IMG/VR virus record: IMGVR_UViG_3300021519_000049 | Coordinates: 1-28,616 of that record | Origin: a virus | Taxonomy: Duplodnaviria > Caudoviricetes | Length of the DNA: 28,616 nt | Direction: 5' to 3' (one strand) | Shown here: piece by piece, positions 16,911 to 25,150 of the stretch | How the letters are laid out: every line of letters starts with the position of its first letter | How positions within the stretch are numbered: the stretch's first letter is position 1 | Translations under genes and position numbers: made by a program | The notes under the pieces: model-generated | Told to the model about the DNA's origin: nothing | Seen by the model: only the letters and a program-made list of their open reading frames with translations | The model's database searches: none

Positions 16911-17708
16911 TCATCTTCCAAACGGTGTCCACCGCTGCGGGCCAAACTGTTGTATTGCGTCCATAACCTGTTGGTTCCGATTGTATGTCATATCGTCAGC
17001 GGTGCGCCCTGATGCCAAACTAAACGGCTCAGGAGTAAGCACAGGGTCCTCTGGTGGCTCATCGGTGGGCATGTCCGCACCACACTTCGAGCACTTCAAG
17101 TTTCCACGCTGATTCAACTGCCCACAGGAACACTCTACAGCCATTGACTCAATCCATTCTTTACCACCAGAAAACTTTGTAAGACCAAGTTCAACAAGAC
17201 CCCAGACAAGAGCATCAAGACGGTCGGGGCTTTCACCGGAGTCAGTTGTCCAGGTTGTCAGTTGGTCTTCAAGGATTGGGAACGAACCGCAGTGGTGGAC
17301 ACGTCCCTGTTCGTAGAGCGCTGCGACTGGTTCGGCTCTTGTCCTTTTGCCCTGTCGTGCGTGAACACGCTTGAATGGTGCGCCAGGAAATACGGTTCGC
17401 ATGACAGATTCGACCATATCGCCACCCTGGTTTCCTTCAGCGACGATCCGATCTGCCTTCCACTTGTGGAAAACTTCGGTAACAATGTTGGCCCAGCCGT
17501 CCGGCGTGTACTTTCCTGATACATCATCCAAGACGTATCCATGCTTCTTGCAGTTGGCCAGTTGGCAGGTTGCCCCAGCATCGGGCAGTTCGATGTGCGG
17601 TCCTTCTGCTACCACAATGATACCGGTCTCGTCTGAATCGTCTCCTGATGTGATCGCGGGGTCAACTGCCACAACTATTCTCTTCAAACTGCTGAGGGTT
17701 ATGGTCAC
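16911..17708 (-). CDS. terL: Terminase large subunit, C-terminal RNase H-like nuclease domain (separate gene) with a C-terminal Zn ribbon
   Basis: IVVAVDPA, DETGIIV, EGNQGG, K..RAEP and SPDRLDALVW. GTG start at 17708 overlaps the ATPase TGA (GTGA). Confidence 0.88.
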   Translation of the reverse strand: MTITLSSLKRIVVAVDPAITSGDDSDETGIIVVAEGPHIELPDAGATCQLANCKKHGYVLDDVSGKYTPDGWANIVTEVFHKWKADRIVAEGNQGGDMVESVMRTVFPGAPFKRVHARQGKRTRAEPVAALYEQGRVHHCGSFPILEDQLTTWTTDSGESPDRLDALVWGLVELGLTKFSGGKEWIESMAVECSCGQLNQRGNLKCSKCGADMPTDEPPEDPVLTPEPFSLASGRTADDMTYNRNQQVMDAIQQFGPQRWTPFGR

Positions 17709-18595
17709 GCTTCCAACTCTACTCGCAGGTCGTCGATGTTTTCTAGTGTCCAAAGAGCACCATCAACGTCGGTGAGGAGTTCTCCCATTAGTTCCTGTCG
17801 TCCGATTCTTGTTCCTTCATAGACCGAAAGCACCTGCTCCTTGAACGATGGTGCCAGGTTCTTGAGGTTCGCATAGGTCGTGTCGTTCGTGATGGCAGTC
17901 GATTCTCTCTCCATTATTTCTCGGATCAGTCGAACTCGCTTGGGTGTGGTGGTGACAAAACACTTCGGGCTCGCACCGAGACGAAGGCCAAGCATGAGAT
18001 TGTTCCATGAAGTATCGAGCACGTCCCCTTTTCTAGAGTCGAACCATGCTGCGGTCTCATCGCACCAGGCTGCGTCGTGCTGTGGGCCACGCAACTGCGC
18101 TGGCGCTGCCGCTGAATAGGTGAAGGCTTGAGCACCGTTCGGCCAGATCAACCGGCGCTTCGTTGGTTCGTGTGCAGGGCGCTCGTGAGGTTCGCTACAG
18201 GCCATGATTCCTGAGTCCCCGTAGATCATGACATCACGGGCATCAGCAGGTGTACGGGCTATCAGGGCTATGCGCTTGCTGCCTTGGTTCCAAACCTGGT
18301 CCAGCACCCACTCAGCGCCTGCTCTCGTCTTTCCGGTACCACGCCCCCCAGAGAACAACCAAACGAGCCAGTCCCTATCTGGAGGCCTCTGAGAAGGCCT
18401 TGCGTGACGACACTCGTGGGTGTGTGGCCCCTCCAGGGGATGAAGGCACCAGTGGAATCCGCCCTCGTGTGGTTCGCCATCGCAATCAAGATTCGGACAC
18501 CACCACCGCCTCGATAGCCGGTTGTTTGTTGCTGCTCGGGTCACCGCCTGTAAGAGCGGAGACAAAGAGGACTCTGAACTCATCAACTCGGTCAT
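17705..18595 (-). CDS. terL: Terminase large subunit, N-terminal ATPase domain
   Basis: Walker A GGRGTGKT, LRGPQ, Walker B AAWCDE, coupling motif TTTP and RQEL.GE. Start could be 18595 or 18583. Confidence 0.93.
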   Translation of the reverse strand: MTELMSSESSLSPLLQAVTRAATNNRLSRRWWCPNLDCDGEPHEGGFHWCLHPLEGPHTHECRHARPSQRPPDRDWLVWLFSGGRGTGKTRAGAEWVLDQVWNQGSKRIALIARTPADARDVMIYGDSGIMACSEPHERPAHEPTKRRLIWPNGAQAFTYSAAAPAQLRGPQHDAAWCDETAAWFDSRKGDVLDTSWNNLMLGLRLGASPKCFVTTTPKRVRLIREIMERESTAITNDTTYANLKNLAPSFKEQVLSVYEGTRIGRQELMGELLTDVDGALWTLENIDDLRVELEA

Positions 18596-19124
18596 TCAAA
18601 CCCATCGCTTCCAGCGCTCTCGTCTGCGCTTCGATCATTTTTGCTGTATCGCTTTCAATATCATAAACCACCATCTCGCCCTTTGTGAGCACTGGTGCGT
18701 TCAATCCAAGAAGTTTGGCTCGCTGTGCCTGAACCCGAAGCAGACCATTCGCTGCCTCCATGCGTGGTCCTTCGTCGATGAGGCGAATCTCTTCTCCCGT
18801 GTCTTCATCTAAGAAGGTGACGACCCTGCCATTGTTGCCAACCCGATAGTGGGTCTTGTTCATGACGCTGTGGTAGAAGCGTTCGAGCCGATCGATCTTT
18901 CGCAACTCCATCTTTAGGACTTCTTCAGCGCCTTCCTTTGGGATTTCGTCCACAGCCCTGCGAACGGCCTGGTGCGCTGCCTGGCGAGAGACGCCCATCG
19001 CCTCACCGATTTGCTGATACGTCCATCCGAGTGAGCGCATCTCTGCTGCCCTGTTGTCCAGGGAGATTTGTTCCGGCGTCCTCATGAAGTCGCCATTGGG
19101 TGCGTGTTGTGTCAAGTCGCTCAT
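18486..19124 (-). CDS. terS: Putative terminase small subunit (N-terminal HTH)
   Basis: GWTYQQIGEAMGVSRQAAHQ helix-turn-helix and RAKLLGLNAP motif; lies immediately upstream of terL. Confidence 0.75.
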   Translation of the reverse strand: MSDLTQHAPNGDFMRTPEQISLDNRAAEMRSLGWTYQQIGEAMGVSRQAAHQAVRRAVDEIPKEGAEEVLKMELRKIDRLERFYHSVMNKTHYRVGNNGRVVTFLDEDTGEEIRLIDEGPRMEAANGLLRVQAQRAKLLGLNAPVLTKGEMVVYDIESDTAKMIEAQTRALEAMGLNDRVDEFRVLFVSALTGGDPSSNKQPAIEAVVVSES

Positions 19125-19133
19125 GGTGTCAAG

Positions 19134-19946
19134 TTAGAATCGTAGTTTAGGTTTTGTTCCCCTCTGGCGAATCATCACATGGGAGCCTTCTGGCCAACCG
19201 ACCTTGGGCTTGTAGGCAACCCAATATGGATAGGTCTTGACCATGTAGGCGCACTCCTCAATCTTCTGATCCATGCGCTGCTCCTTCGACCCATAGCCTC
19301 CTGCGCTGTATCTGGCGCAGTCTGGAACAAGCCACTGGTCAACGATGACGTGGCGACGAGCGGTGAGGTTCACGGCAGCGAAGCAGTAATCGTCCATCGT
19401 TTGAACATTGGTATCGAAGCGAAGTTCTGACTTTCGGACTACGAGAGCCCTCCCATCTGCCAGGACATTGACCTTGTAGTGATTGTTGCGGTAGATGGGA
19501 TTGTCTATCCCGCACCATCCTCCAAGCCAGGAGCCGTTCTTCTCGCAGACAGCGGTGAGCCCTCTTGCCCTTTCGAGAAACCTCTTCATGGTGATGGGTG
19601 TGTCAAACCTCTTCTTGTAAACCTGTTGATTCTCCGTGTTGATTGGCAGAGGCGAAATGGCCCTGTCGTAGTTTCTGAGTTCAGTGATTGTTTTGAGGTC
19701 GTCAACCAGGAAGAGTGCCCATTCACCCTCTTCGAGCATGTCAAGGGCATAGTTGCGGTTGTTGGCGAGACCCTTCGTCTCTCCCGTCGCCTGAAGTCTC
19801 TCCTCTTTGACGAGACCCCCTTCAACAAAGGATTTCTTCTGCTCCTCCGTATGACAGAGAACCGTGTGCTCGATGCCCTCTTTCTCAAGCATCGCACTGG
19901 TCGTGATGCTGTCGAAGCGGTCATATGTGAATACGAATACCTTCAC
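19134..19946 (-). CDS. TET-associated (GREB1-like/TAGT) GT-A glycosyltransferase
   Basis: VFVFTYDR, G...NRNYALD, FLVDDL (DxD-like), MDDY and GG motifs. GTG start overlaps the TET stop (TAGTG), so the start is revised from the track's 20087. Confidence 0.8.
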   Translation of the reverse strand: MKVFVFTYDRFDSITTSAMLEKEGIEHTVLCHTEEQKKSFVEGGLVKEERLQATGETKGLANNRNYALDMLEEGEWALFLVDDLKTITELRNYDRAISPLPINTENQQVYKKRFDTPITMKRFLERARGLTAVCEKNGSWLGGWCGIDNPIYRNNHYKVNVLADGRALVVRKSELRFDTNVQTMDDYCFAAVNLTARRHVIVDQWLVPDCARYSAGGYGSKEQRMDQKIEECAYMVKTYPYWVAYKPKVGWPEGSHVMIRQRGTKPKLRF

Positions 19947-20761
19947 TACTTCGTCGCTGCTTTTTGTCCACGTGTGATCTCCTCTTCGTACGTGCCGCAT
20001 TTGGCGAAGCCTGTTTTGGCGTACCAGACGAGCGTGTATCGATAGGCATCTGGCTTTCGCTTGACGAGGGGTGTGACGCCGTGCCATGTTCCTTGGCCGT
20101 CGAACATTGTTACGGAGCCGTCAGGAACTCCTAACGTCACACCGTATTCCGGGAGATTGAGATTGCCACCACTCATATTCTTTTGAAGAGTCAGCATTGA
20201 ACTCCAAGATCCGATCACGTTTGCTTTATCAAGGTGGTAGGGGAGAGCAGCCGTGTTGTTAATGATTCCACTTGTCCAGGGTTTTTTAGCGATCAACCAG
20301 TCGTCAAGTATGCGGGATTTCACCAAACTGCTTGTCGCTTCTGCTATTTCTGGTTCAACCCTTGTGAAAAGTTCCCACTGATAGTTCGTTAGGGACTCAA
20401 GAACGTCTGCCATTTCTGGATAGTTGGTCATGAATCTGCTTGGCGCTGCTGCGTACCTTCGACGAAGAGGCTTTGGCTCCGTGAATCCAAATGTGAGGCT
20501 TGGATATTTGATGCCAGAAACCCTCTGCGCTCCCTTTGTGCTGGCTCCGGTATCCATCCACTTTGCTGTGAACCTCAGGCAACGAGCGAGGTATCTCTGC
20601 TCAGCAACCGTATCTTCGGGCAGGAGGCATTGAAAGGCGATGGTCTCCCCCGTCTCACCGTCAATAAGTTTGACGTCTTCATCGACTCCTGAGAGGTCAG
20701 GAGCCTGATGCCTCCGTGAAGTTGGCTCCCAGGGTTGCCTGACTACCTCAAGAGTTAGCAT
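19946..20761 (-). CDS. TET/JBP-family 2-oxoglutarate/Fe(II) dioxygenase
   Basis: WTSGIINN, YHLDKAN (HxD), GGNLNLPEY, FDGQ..WHGVTP (distal His) and RYTLVWY (2OG-binding Arg). Confidence 0.9.
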   Translation of the reverse strand: MLTLEVVRQPWEPTSRRHQAPDLSGVDEDVKLIDGETGETIAFQCLLPEDTVAEQRYLARCLRFTAKWMDTGASTKGAQRVSGIKYPSLTFGFTEPKPLRRRYAAAPSRFMTNYPEMADVLESLTNYQWELFTRVEPEIAEATSSLVKSRILDDWLIAKKPWTSGIINNTAALPYHLDKANVIGSWSSMLTLQKNMSGGNLNLPEYGVTLGVPDGSVTMFDGQGTWHGVTPLVKRKPDAYRYTLVWYAKTGFAKCGTYEEEITRGQKAATK

Positions 20762-21404
20762 TGCCCTGGCGAACGAGGATCGAAACTAGTTCAGCGTTGC
20801 TTTCTGCTCCATTTGATGCCCTCAGATCGTTCATCAGGCCGATGAGTTCGTTGTACTCCTCCTCCTTGTAGGGAAGAATGATGCTTCGAACCCCTGCGTT
20901 TTCCCAGGCTTCTTTGCGTTCGGCAGATGATTGTGCGTCACCGAGAAATCCTGTACTGCCGTTCAATTTGAAAAGGAGATCCTCAAGATCGTCTCCATCA
21001 AAGCCCGTGCCCTCAAGAAAGTCATCCTGCTCTGCCAGGTCTTGAAGCAGGTCTGAGAGGATCGCCTCGTCGTAGGTCGCCATGTCGCTCACCCTGTTGT
21101 CAACAAGAAGAATCCTCAACGCCTGATCGTCGTCAACGTCAATAATCGTTGCTTCAATCGTTTCCCAACCGAGAGCGTTTGCTGCAAGGAGTGTGTGGTT
21201 ACCGGCGACAACATTCATTGTTGACTTTTGAACCACGATTGGGCGGTACTGACCGTGTGCTTCGAGACTTTGGACAATGGCCCCGACATCCCCCTGTCTG
21301 GCGTTATTTGGGTGCGTGTGAAGTTCGGATACCTTCAGTTTTTTGATACTCAAGTCGCTTACTTTTTCCACCTGTTTATTCCTTTTCGCTGGTTGATTCG
21401 GCAT
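20748..21404 (-). CDS. ParB/Srx-fold N-terminal domain protein
   Basis: L.THPNNAR, SLEAHGQYRPIVV, VVAGNHTLLAA..LGW, LVDNR and GFD; start at ATG 21404. Confidence 0.9.
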   Translation of the reverse strand: MPNQPAKRNKQVEKVSDLSIKKLKVSELHTHPNNARQGDVGAIVQSLEAHGQYRPIVVQKSTMNVVAGNHTLLAANALGWETIEATIIDVDDDQALRILLVDNRVSDMATYDEAILSDLLQDLAEQDDFLEGTGFDGDDLEDLLFKLNGSTGFLGDAQSSAERKEAWENAGVRSIILPYKEEEYNELIGLMNDLRASNGAESNAELVSILVRQGNANS

Positions 21405-21438
21405 AGTGTAACCATACACCTCGTACAATAAAAATCAA
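21405..21438 (-). promoter_or_regulatory. Putative sigma70/SigA leaderless promoter for the ParB-TET-GT operon
   Basis: TTGATT (21438-21433), 16 nt, TATGGT (21416-21411), 6 nt, ATG 21404; AT-rich intergenic gap with no SD. Confidence 0.6.
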
Positions 21439-21445
21439 GGTCTTT

Positions 21446-21832
21446 CTAATCGTTAGCCCAGGTCATGTGGTCGTCCGTGCAATCTTTGTTTTTGCATTGA
21501 CCCCGAACCTGGTTTGCCCTGTAAATACTGCTTTCATTATTTTCGTGGGCTCTGAGTTGAAGACCGTGCTTTCGACTCCAAAGTGGATGGACGGTGGCCC
21601 ATGAGTGGCAAGGTCGGCAGAGCGAGACGAACAGTTCCGGTGTGAGCCAGGAGTTCTTCATCTGTGAACGGTTGATCAGTTCGTGAACATCGGTTGCTCG
21701 GACCTGACAAACGCCTTCAATCTTGGCCTCACACCTGGGGTCACCCCGCAGTTGCTTCCGGCGCATCTCCTGACGCTCTGGAATTTGCTCTGATCTCTTC
21801 TCGGATACTCGTCGAATGGGACTTCTTTTCAT
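21446..21832 (-). CDS. HNH-like Zn-binding endonuclease
   Basis: CE.....C...ATDVHE..NRS...LCRPCHSW; ATGA-coupled start at 21832. Confidence 0.7.
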   Translation of the reverse strand: MKRSPIRRVSEKRSEQIPERQEMRRKQLRGDPRCEAKIEGVCQVRATDVHELINRSQMKNSWLTPELFVSLCRPCHSWATVHPLWSRKHGLQLRAHENNESSIYRANQVRGQCKNKDCTDDHMTWAND

Positions 21833-22011
21833 GGAACCCTTCGACAAGTGTGACAGGAGACGTGGCCGTAAGAATCGGTATCCCAATCATGCTCGCAGTT
21901 GCTGATCGGATCATGCCGTAGACCACAGGGAACGCAGCGTATCCGGCCTTCTCCTGCGGCCTTATGTCCAGTCTCCGTCTTACAGAACGGACAAAAGTAG
22001 GTAGTGCTCAT
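21829..22011 (-). CDS. Small Cys-rich Zn-ribbon protein
   Basis: SD AAGGAG; three CxxC pairs; stop overlaps the next start. Confidence 0.65.
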   Translation of the reverse strand: MSTTYFCPFCKTETGHKAAGEGRIRCVPCGLRHDPISNCEHDWDTDSYGHVSCHTCRRVP

Positions 22012-22030
22012 TTTTCTCCTTTCCTTTATT

Positions 22031-22360
22031 CTACTTTAGTATGTGAAGAATGTCGTCCCAGTCTCTCGGCCTCCAAACATAGGCCTCGGCGACCGTGGCG
22101 AGATCATCAATCCAGGTTGACTGCTCCTTTGAAAGCCTTCCAACATCACTTTTGATCTCAGCAAAGATGAGGCGGTGTGGTCGTTCTTTCGCATTGAAAT
22201 CCCCACGAACAAGAACAAGATCGGGAAATCCCTTGGCGTCGTAGCGAACAGGTGTTCGGTGATTTCCGTTGGCGTTCATCGCTGAGCCAAAGTGGGCGAC
22301 CGAGTATCCGTAGATATGCGCTAAATCAACTACCTGGTTCTGAAACGTCTTCTCGTCCAT
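22031..22360 (-). CDS. VRR-NUC domain (PD-(D/E)xK) nuclease
   Basis: E..FQ..V..LA, GFPDL, FAEIK..GRLS..Q..W and VWRP.D. Confidence 0.88.
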   Translation of the reverse strand: MDEKTFQNQVVDLAHIYGYSVAHFGSAMNANGNHRTPVRYDAKGFPDLVLVRGDFNAKERPHRLIFAEIKSDVGRLSKEQSTWIDDLATVAEAYVWRPRDWDDILHILK

Positions 22361-22371
22361 ACGAGGAAACC

Positions 22372-22764
22372 TTAGTCGCCAGAGTCATCTTCTTCATATA
22401 TTTCCTCGGATGCTTCTTCCTGGTCTTCCCAAAGAAGAAGGGCAATCAACGCATAACTGGCAAGATCAACAAAGGTGTCTCGTGCATTTTCGTTTGTCAA
22501 CTCGTGGCCTGCCGCAAGTGTTTGGAGTCTCGAAACTTTATCTTGCAGTCGAATCATTGCGCCGATCCATGGGTCAACCCCATAAAGAACGGAACCACGA
22601 AAGTTGAAAAGAGGATCGCCGTCAATGAATATTTCTGAGTCTGACCACTCCGAAAGTCCGTAATCATGGCTCTTTTTGGCATGCATTTCTGAAAGTTCAA
22701 GAAGAAGATCGAAGAACCTGGCGTCTCCTGCTTGTTGGAATATCGTGTCGTCTCGTTCGTCCAT
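22372..22764 (-). CDS. DUF1599 / nucleotide-modification-associated domain 1 (MazG-like all-alpha fold)
   Basis: KKSHDYG, DPLFNF, IRLQDKVSRL and NE...DT..DLASYALI. Confidence 0.85.
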   Translation of the reverse strand: MDERDDTIFQQAGDARFFDLLLELSEMHAKKSHDYGLSEWSDSEIFIDGDPLFNFRGSVLYGVDPWIGAMIRLQDKVSRLQTLAAGHELTNENARDTFVDLASYALIALLLWEDQEEASEEIYEEDDSGD

Positions 22765-22782
22765 GGGGACAACACTACGCCT

Positions 22783-23085
22783 TCAGTCGGTGTCCTGTAA
22801 AGCCCTTCTTACTTCCCTTGCCATACTGGAGTCCCCCATGCCGGAGTTTTCAATGACGTTGATCATCTCTGCATCGAGCCAGTCTGCGACCGACTGCGGA
22901 AGAACTATTTTTACTTCGCTTTCCCGATCATCGTCAGCCAACGCTTTTGAGGTGAGCAGGGAATCTCGCAGTTCTTCAACTAGTTGCGGATCTCCGGTTC
23001 GAAGCCATTGTTCTGCGGTGATCGCTATTTCAGAAAGCGCCATATATTCAGACCTCGGCAACTTGATAGTCAGTTCTTCATCCAT
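22783..23085 (-). CDS. Hypothetical protein
   Basis: SD GAGAGG; fits the co-oriented gene chain. Confidence 0.7.
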   Translation of the reverse strand: MDEELTIKLPRSEYMALSEIAITAEQWLRTGDPQLVEELRDSLLTSKALADDDRESEVKIVLPQSVADWLDAEMINVIENSGMGDSSMAREVRRALQDTD

Positions 23086-23094
23086 ATTGACCTC

Positions 23095-23277
23095 TCAAAT
23101 GTTTCTTTCCCAATCTTCGGGTGAGCCTAGTCGAACGTGGTGAGAGCACGGGTCGTCACCGTTCTCCCATGCCCGAATCTCCTTCGGAGTCAGTGGCCCA
23201 CCATCGTGCGTATCGCAAAACTGCTCGCTACAGTATCCATTTTTTATTCCCATTTTTAGCCACTTCTCAAATTTCAT
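23095..23277 (-). CDS. Small phage hypothetical protein (C..THDG.P...DPC.H motif)
   Basis: SD GAGGAG before ATG 23277; putative metal-binding C/H pattern. Confidence 0.7.
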   Translation of the reverse strand: MKFEKWLKMGIKNGYCSEQFCDTHDGGPLTPKEIRAWENGDDPCSHHVRLGSPEDWERNI

Positions 23278-23425
23278 TACTTTTCTCCTCGCTCTGCGCG
23301 TGAAGATCCTCAAGAAGTTTTCTAAGCCAAGTGGCCTTCATTCCGTTGCCACCGGCTTGCTTTTCTACCCACGCCATAGTTTCGGGTTTAAGTCTTACGC
23401 CCATCTGTGGGTCCCTTACTGCCAT
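23267..23425 (-). CDS. Arc-like ribbon-helix-helix DNA-binding protein
   Basis: MAVRDPQMGVRL alternating beta-ribbon followed by two helices; about 52 aa; SD AAGGG. Confidence 0.55.
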   Translation of the reverse strand: MAVRDPQMGVRLKPETMAWVEKQAGGNGMKATWLRKLLEDLHAQSEEKSNEI

Positions 23426-23670
23426 TGCTCTACCCTTTTCTTCTCTCGTTTGATGCGATGTAGTTCTGCGGCACAGGCCTGGGTAATATTTGCTATCGGG
23501 CTTCCAATCCAACGTTCATTCTCCGCATACATCGCTAAAGCGATTCCGTACTTTTCCAGGAACTCAGCATCGCCCTGTTTGATGGTGATTGTTATGGTTT
23601 CCGTTGAGTCGCTCTTTGCCGATTCACTGTATGGATGAGAACCGTCAAAGGCCGAAGCACAATCTCTCAT
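23416..23670 (-). CDS. Hypothetical protein
   Basis: SD GGAGG; ATGA overlap with the upstream gene. Confidence 0.65.
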   Translation of the reverse strand: MRDCASAFDGSHPYSESAKSDSTETITITIKQGDAEFLEKYGIALAMYAENERWIGSPIANITQACAAELHRIKREKKRVEQWQ

Positions 23671-23807
23671 TTATTTCCCTCCGTGGTAACTTCCTGTTCC
23701 GCTGCTTGATGTCGGGCCACTCGTTCCCGGTGCCGTTGGCGTTCGGCTTGGTACTTCTCTTTGGACTGCTTCATCGCCCACTTGGGTCCTGGTGTTTTCT
23801 TGCTCAT
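23667..23807 (-). CDS. Small basic hypothetical protein, 46 aa (below track cutoff)
   Basis: MSKKTPGPKWAMKQ...TEGNK; ATGA overlaps at both ends. Confidence 0.65.
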   Translation of the reverse strand: MSKKTPGPKWAMKQSKEKYQAERQRHRERVARHQAAEQEVTTEGNK

Positions 23808-24007
23808 ATAGTTCCCACTCTTTCATCTAGTGCCATTTGAAGAAGGGCGTTTTGGCAGGAGAGGCATCCAGTTTGCCTCCTAAGAAACTCAGCGGTCAAC
23901 AGGTAAATCTGGCGTGCTGCTTGTTCTGTGGCATCGAGTTTCATTTCCTCAATCCGCTTCAATCTTTCGAGTTGTTTCAGTTGGTGCTGATGTAAGTTTT
24001 CTTCCAC
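23804..24007 (-). CDS. Hypothetical protein
   Basis: SD AAGGAG with GTG start. Confidence 0.65.
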   Translation of the reverse strand: MEENLHQHQLKQLERLKRIEEMKLDATEQAARQIYLLTAEFLRRQTGCLSCQNALLQMALDERVGTI

Positions 24008-24019
24008 CGGTTCTCCTTT

Positions 24020-24283
24020 TTAGTTCGGGCCTTGGTAAGAATCCCAGTCAAAGTCATCTTCTGGGGGGTCTGGGTCTGGTTCCTCAATGTTATGGCATGA
24101 ACAGTCGCAGTTGTCGCAACCACATGCCGGTGCTGGGTGATCACAAACTTCGCCATCAACGTTGATCGGTGAGGGCTCTTCGAGTGATTCACAGGGGCAG
24201 TCTTCACACCAGTCTGGTTCCATCTCGCCAACGTGCATCAGGTCACTTGTGCTCATGCCAGGCGGATAGTTACTTGGTGCCAT
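24020..24283 (-). CDS. Cys-rich acidic small protein
   Basis: SNYPPG start; CEDCPC...CGCDNCDCSCH; acidic Pro-rich tail; SD AAGGGG. Confidence 0.7.
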   Translation of the reverse strand: MAPSNYPPGMSTSDLMHVGEMEPDWCEDCPCESLEEPSPINVDGEVCDHPAPACGCDNCDCSCHNIEEPDPDPPEDDFDWDSYQGPN

Positions 24284-24464
24284 TGATTTTCCCCTTTCTG
24301 GAAAATACCACCGTGTTCTTTCCATATTCACCAGAGTGGAACTTGTTATAGGTCACTTCCCACGCTGCCTCGGCACAGTTCAAACATTCATTCCTGCCTC
24401 TCTCAGAGTCTGGATAAACGTCTTCTGTTCCCTGGCAGGTGTCACACTTCTGCTCAACAATCAA
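24270..24464 (-). CDS. Zn-ribbon hypothetical protein (alternative start 24542)
   Basis: GGAGG SD before TTG 24464, which overlaps the upstream TGA; CDTC...CLNC. Confidence 0.6.
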   Translation of the reverse strand: MIVEQKCDTCQGTEDVYPDSERGRNECLNCAEAAWEVTYNKFHSGEYGKNTVVFSRKGKINGTK

Positions 24465-24595
24465 CTTGTTTTCCCTCCTTTGACCTTCGGTTCTGCGTTC
24501 GTACTCAAGCATTTCCAGAACCCAGTCTTTGAGTGTCGCCATTCTTTTCCTTTCTTCACGATAGAGAGACCACAGTTTTTACAGGATTCCGTCAT
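24461..24595 (-). CDS. Small C/H Zn-binding protein, 44 aa (not in track)
   Basis: MTESCKNCGLSIVKKGKEWRHSKTGFWKCLSTNAEP...; SD AAGGG; stop coupled to the next gene. Confidence 0.55.
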   Translation of the reverse strand: MTESCKNCGLSIVKKGKEWRHSKTGFWKCLSTNAEPKVKGGKTS

Positions 24596-24692
24596 TCATC
24601 CCTTTCTAGGTAAAGTTCGAAAAGTATAAGTCCAATAAGCACTAGGGCCACCCAATAGATCATCGCTGCTATCTCCTTGAAAAATGGCGGCA

Positions 24693-24956
24693 TCAGTCAT
24701 GCTGCCTCCCACAACGATAACAACCGTTGGCGCATTGGCAAGATGGTGATGAAGGCAATCTGAGTATGACCAAAGGCTCATCCTCTTCTTCGAGTTGTTC
24801 TTCTGCCAACTTTTTAGCCAAAGCCCATCTGTCTTCGTCATTTCCTTGGCCAAGTTGCTCGATGCTCATGCTGTTCACGTTGTAAAGGATCACGAACTCT
24901 CCCGGCTCGGCGCTGCCCCAGTTCCCATCTTCGGCCACATAAATAGTTGCGCTCAT
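24693..24956 (-). CDS. Hypothetical protein
   Basis: MSATIYVAEDGNWG; ATGA overlap and GAGG SD. Confidence 0.65.
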   Translation of the reverse strand: MSATIYVAEDGNWGSAEPGEFVILYNVNSMSIEQLGQGNDEDRWALAKKLAEEQLEEEDEPLVILRLPSSPSCQCANGCYRCGRQHD

Positions 24957-25150
24957 ACTTCCTCTTCCTCCTTGCAGTCGCTGCTGCTCCAATCGCACTT
25001 AGTACAGAAAAGCACGAAACACTCAGACGGTGCGCACTCGGCGCAATCTAGCCAACGTGCTAAAGATCCACACTCAGAGCAACTTGGTTCTCCGTGATCA
25101 CTAAGCCTTTCTTCTAATCTTTCTATTCGGTCGAATGGTCCTTCACTCAT
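24953..25150 (-). CDS. Cys-rich Zn-binding hypothetical protein
   Basis: GGAGG SD and ATGA overlap; three CxxC pairs. Confidence 0.7.
   Translation of the reverse strand: MSEGPFDRIERLEERLSDHGEPSCSECGSLARWLDCAECAPSECFVLFCTKCDWSSSDCKEEEEV

Noticed and set aside
17560-17760. Intron or intein interrupting terL
   Set aside because: There is no intervening sequence between the two halves and no intein terminal motifs or homing endonuclease.
19947-20087. N-terminal 47 codons of the track's glycosyltransferase ORF
   Set aside because: They overlap the TET catalytic C-terminus; the coupled GTG at 19946 gives a typical GT-A first strand.
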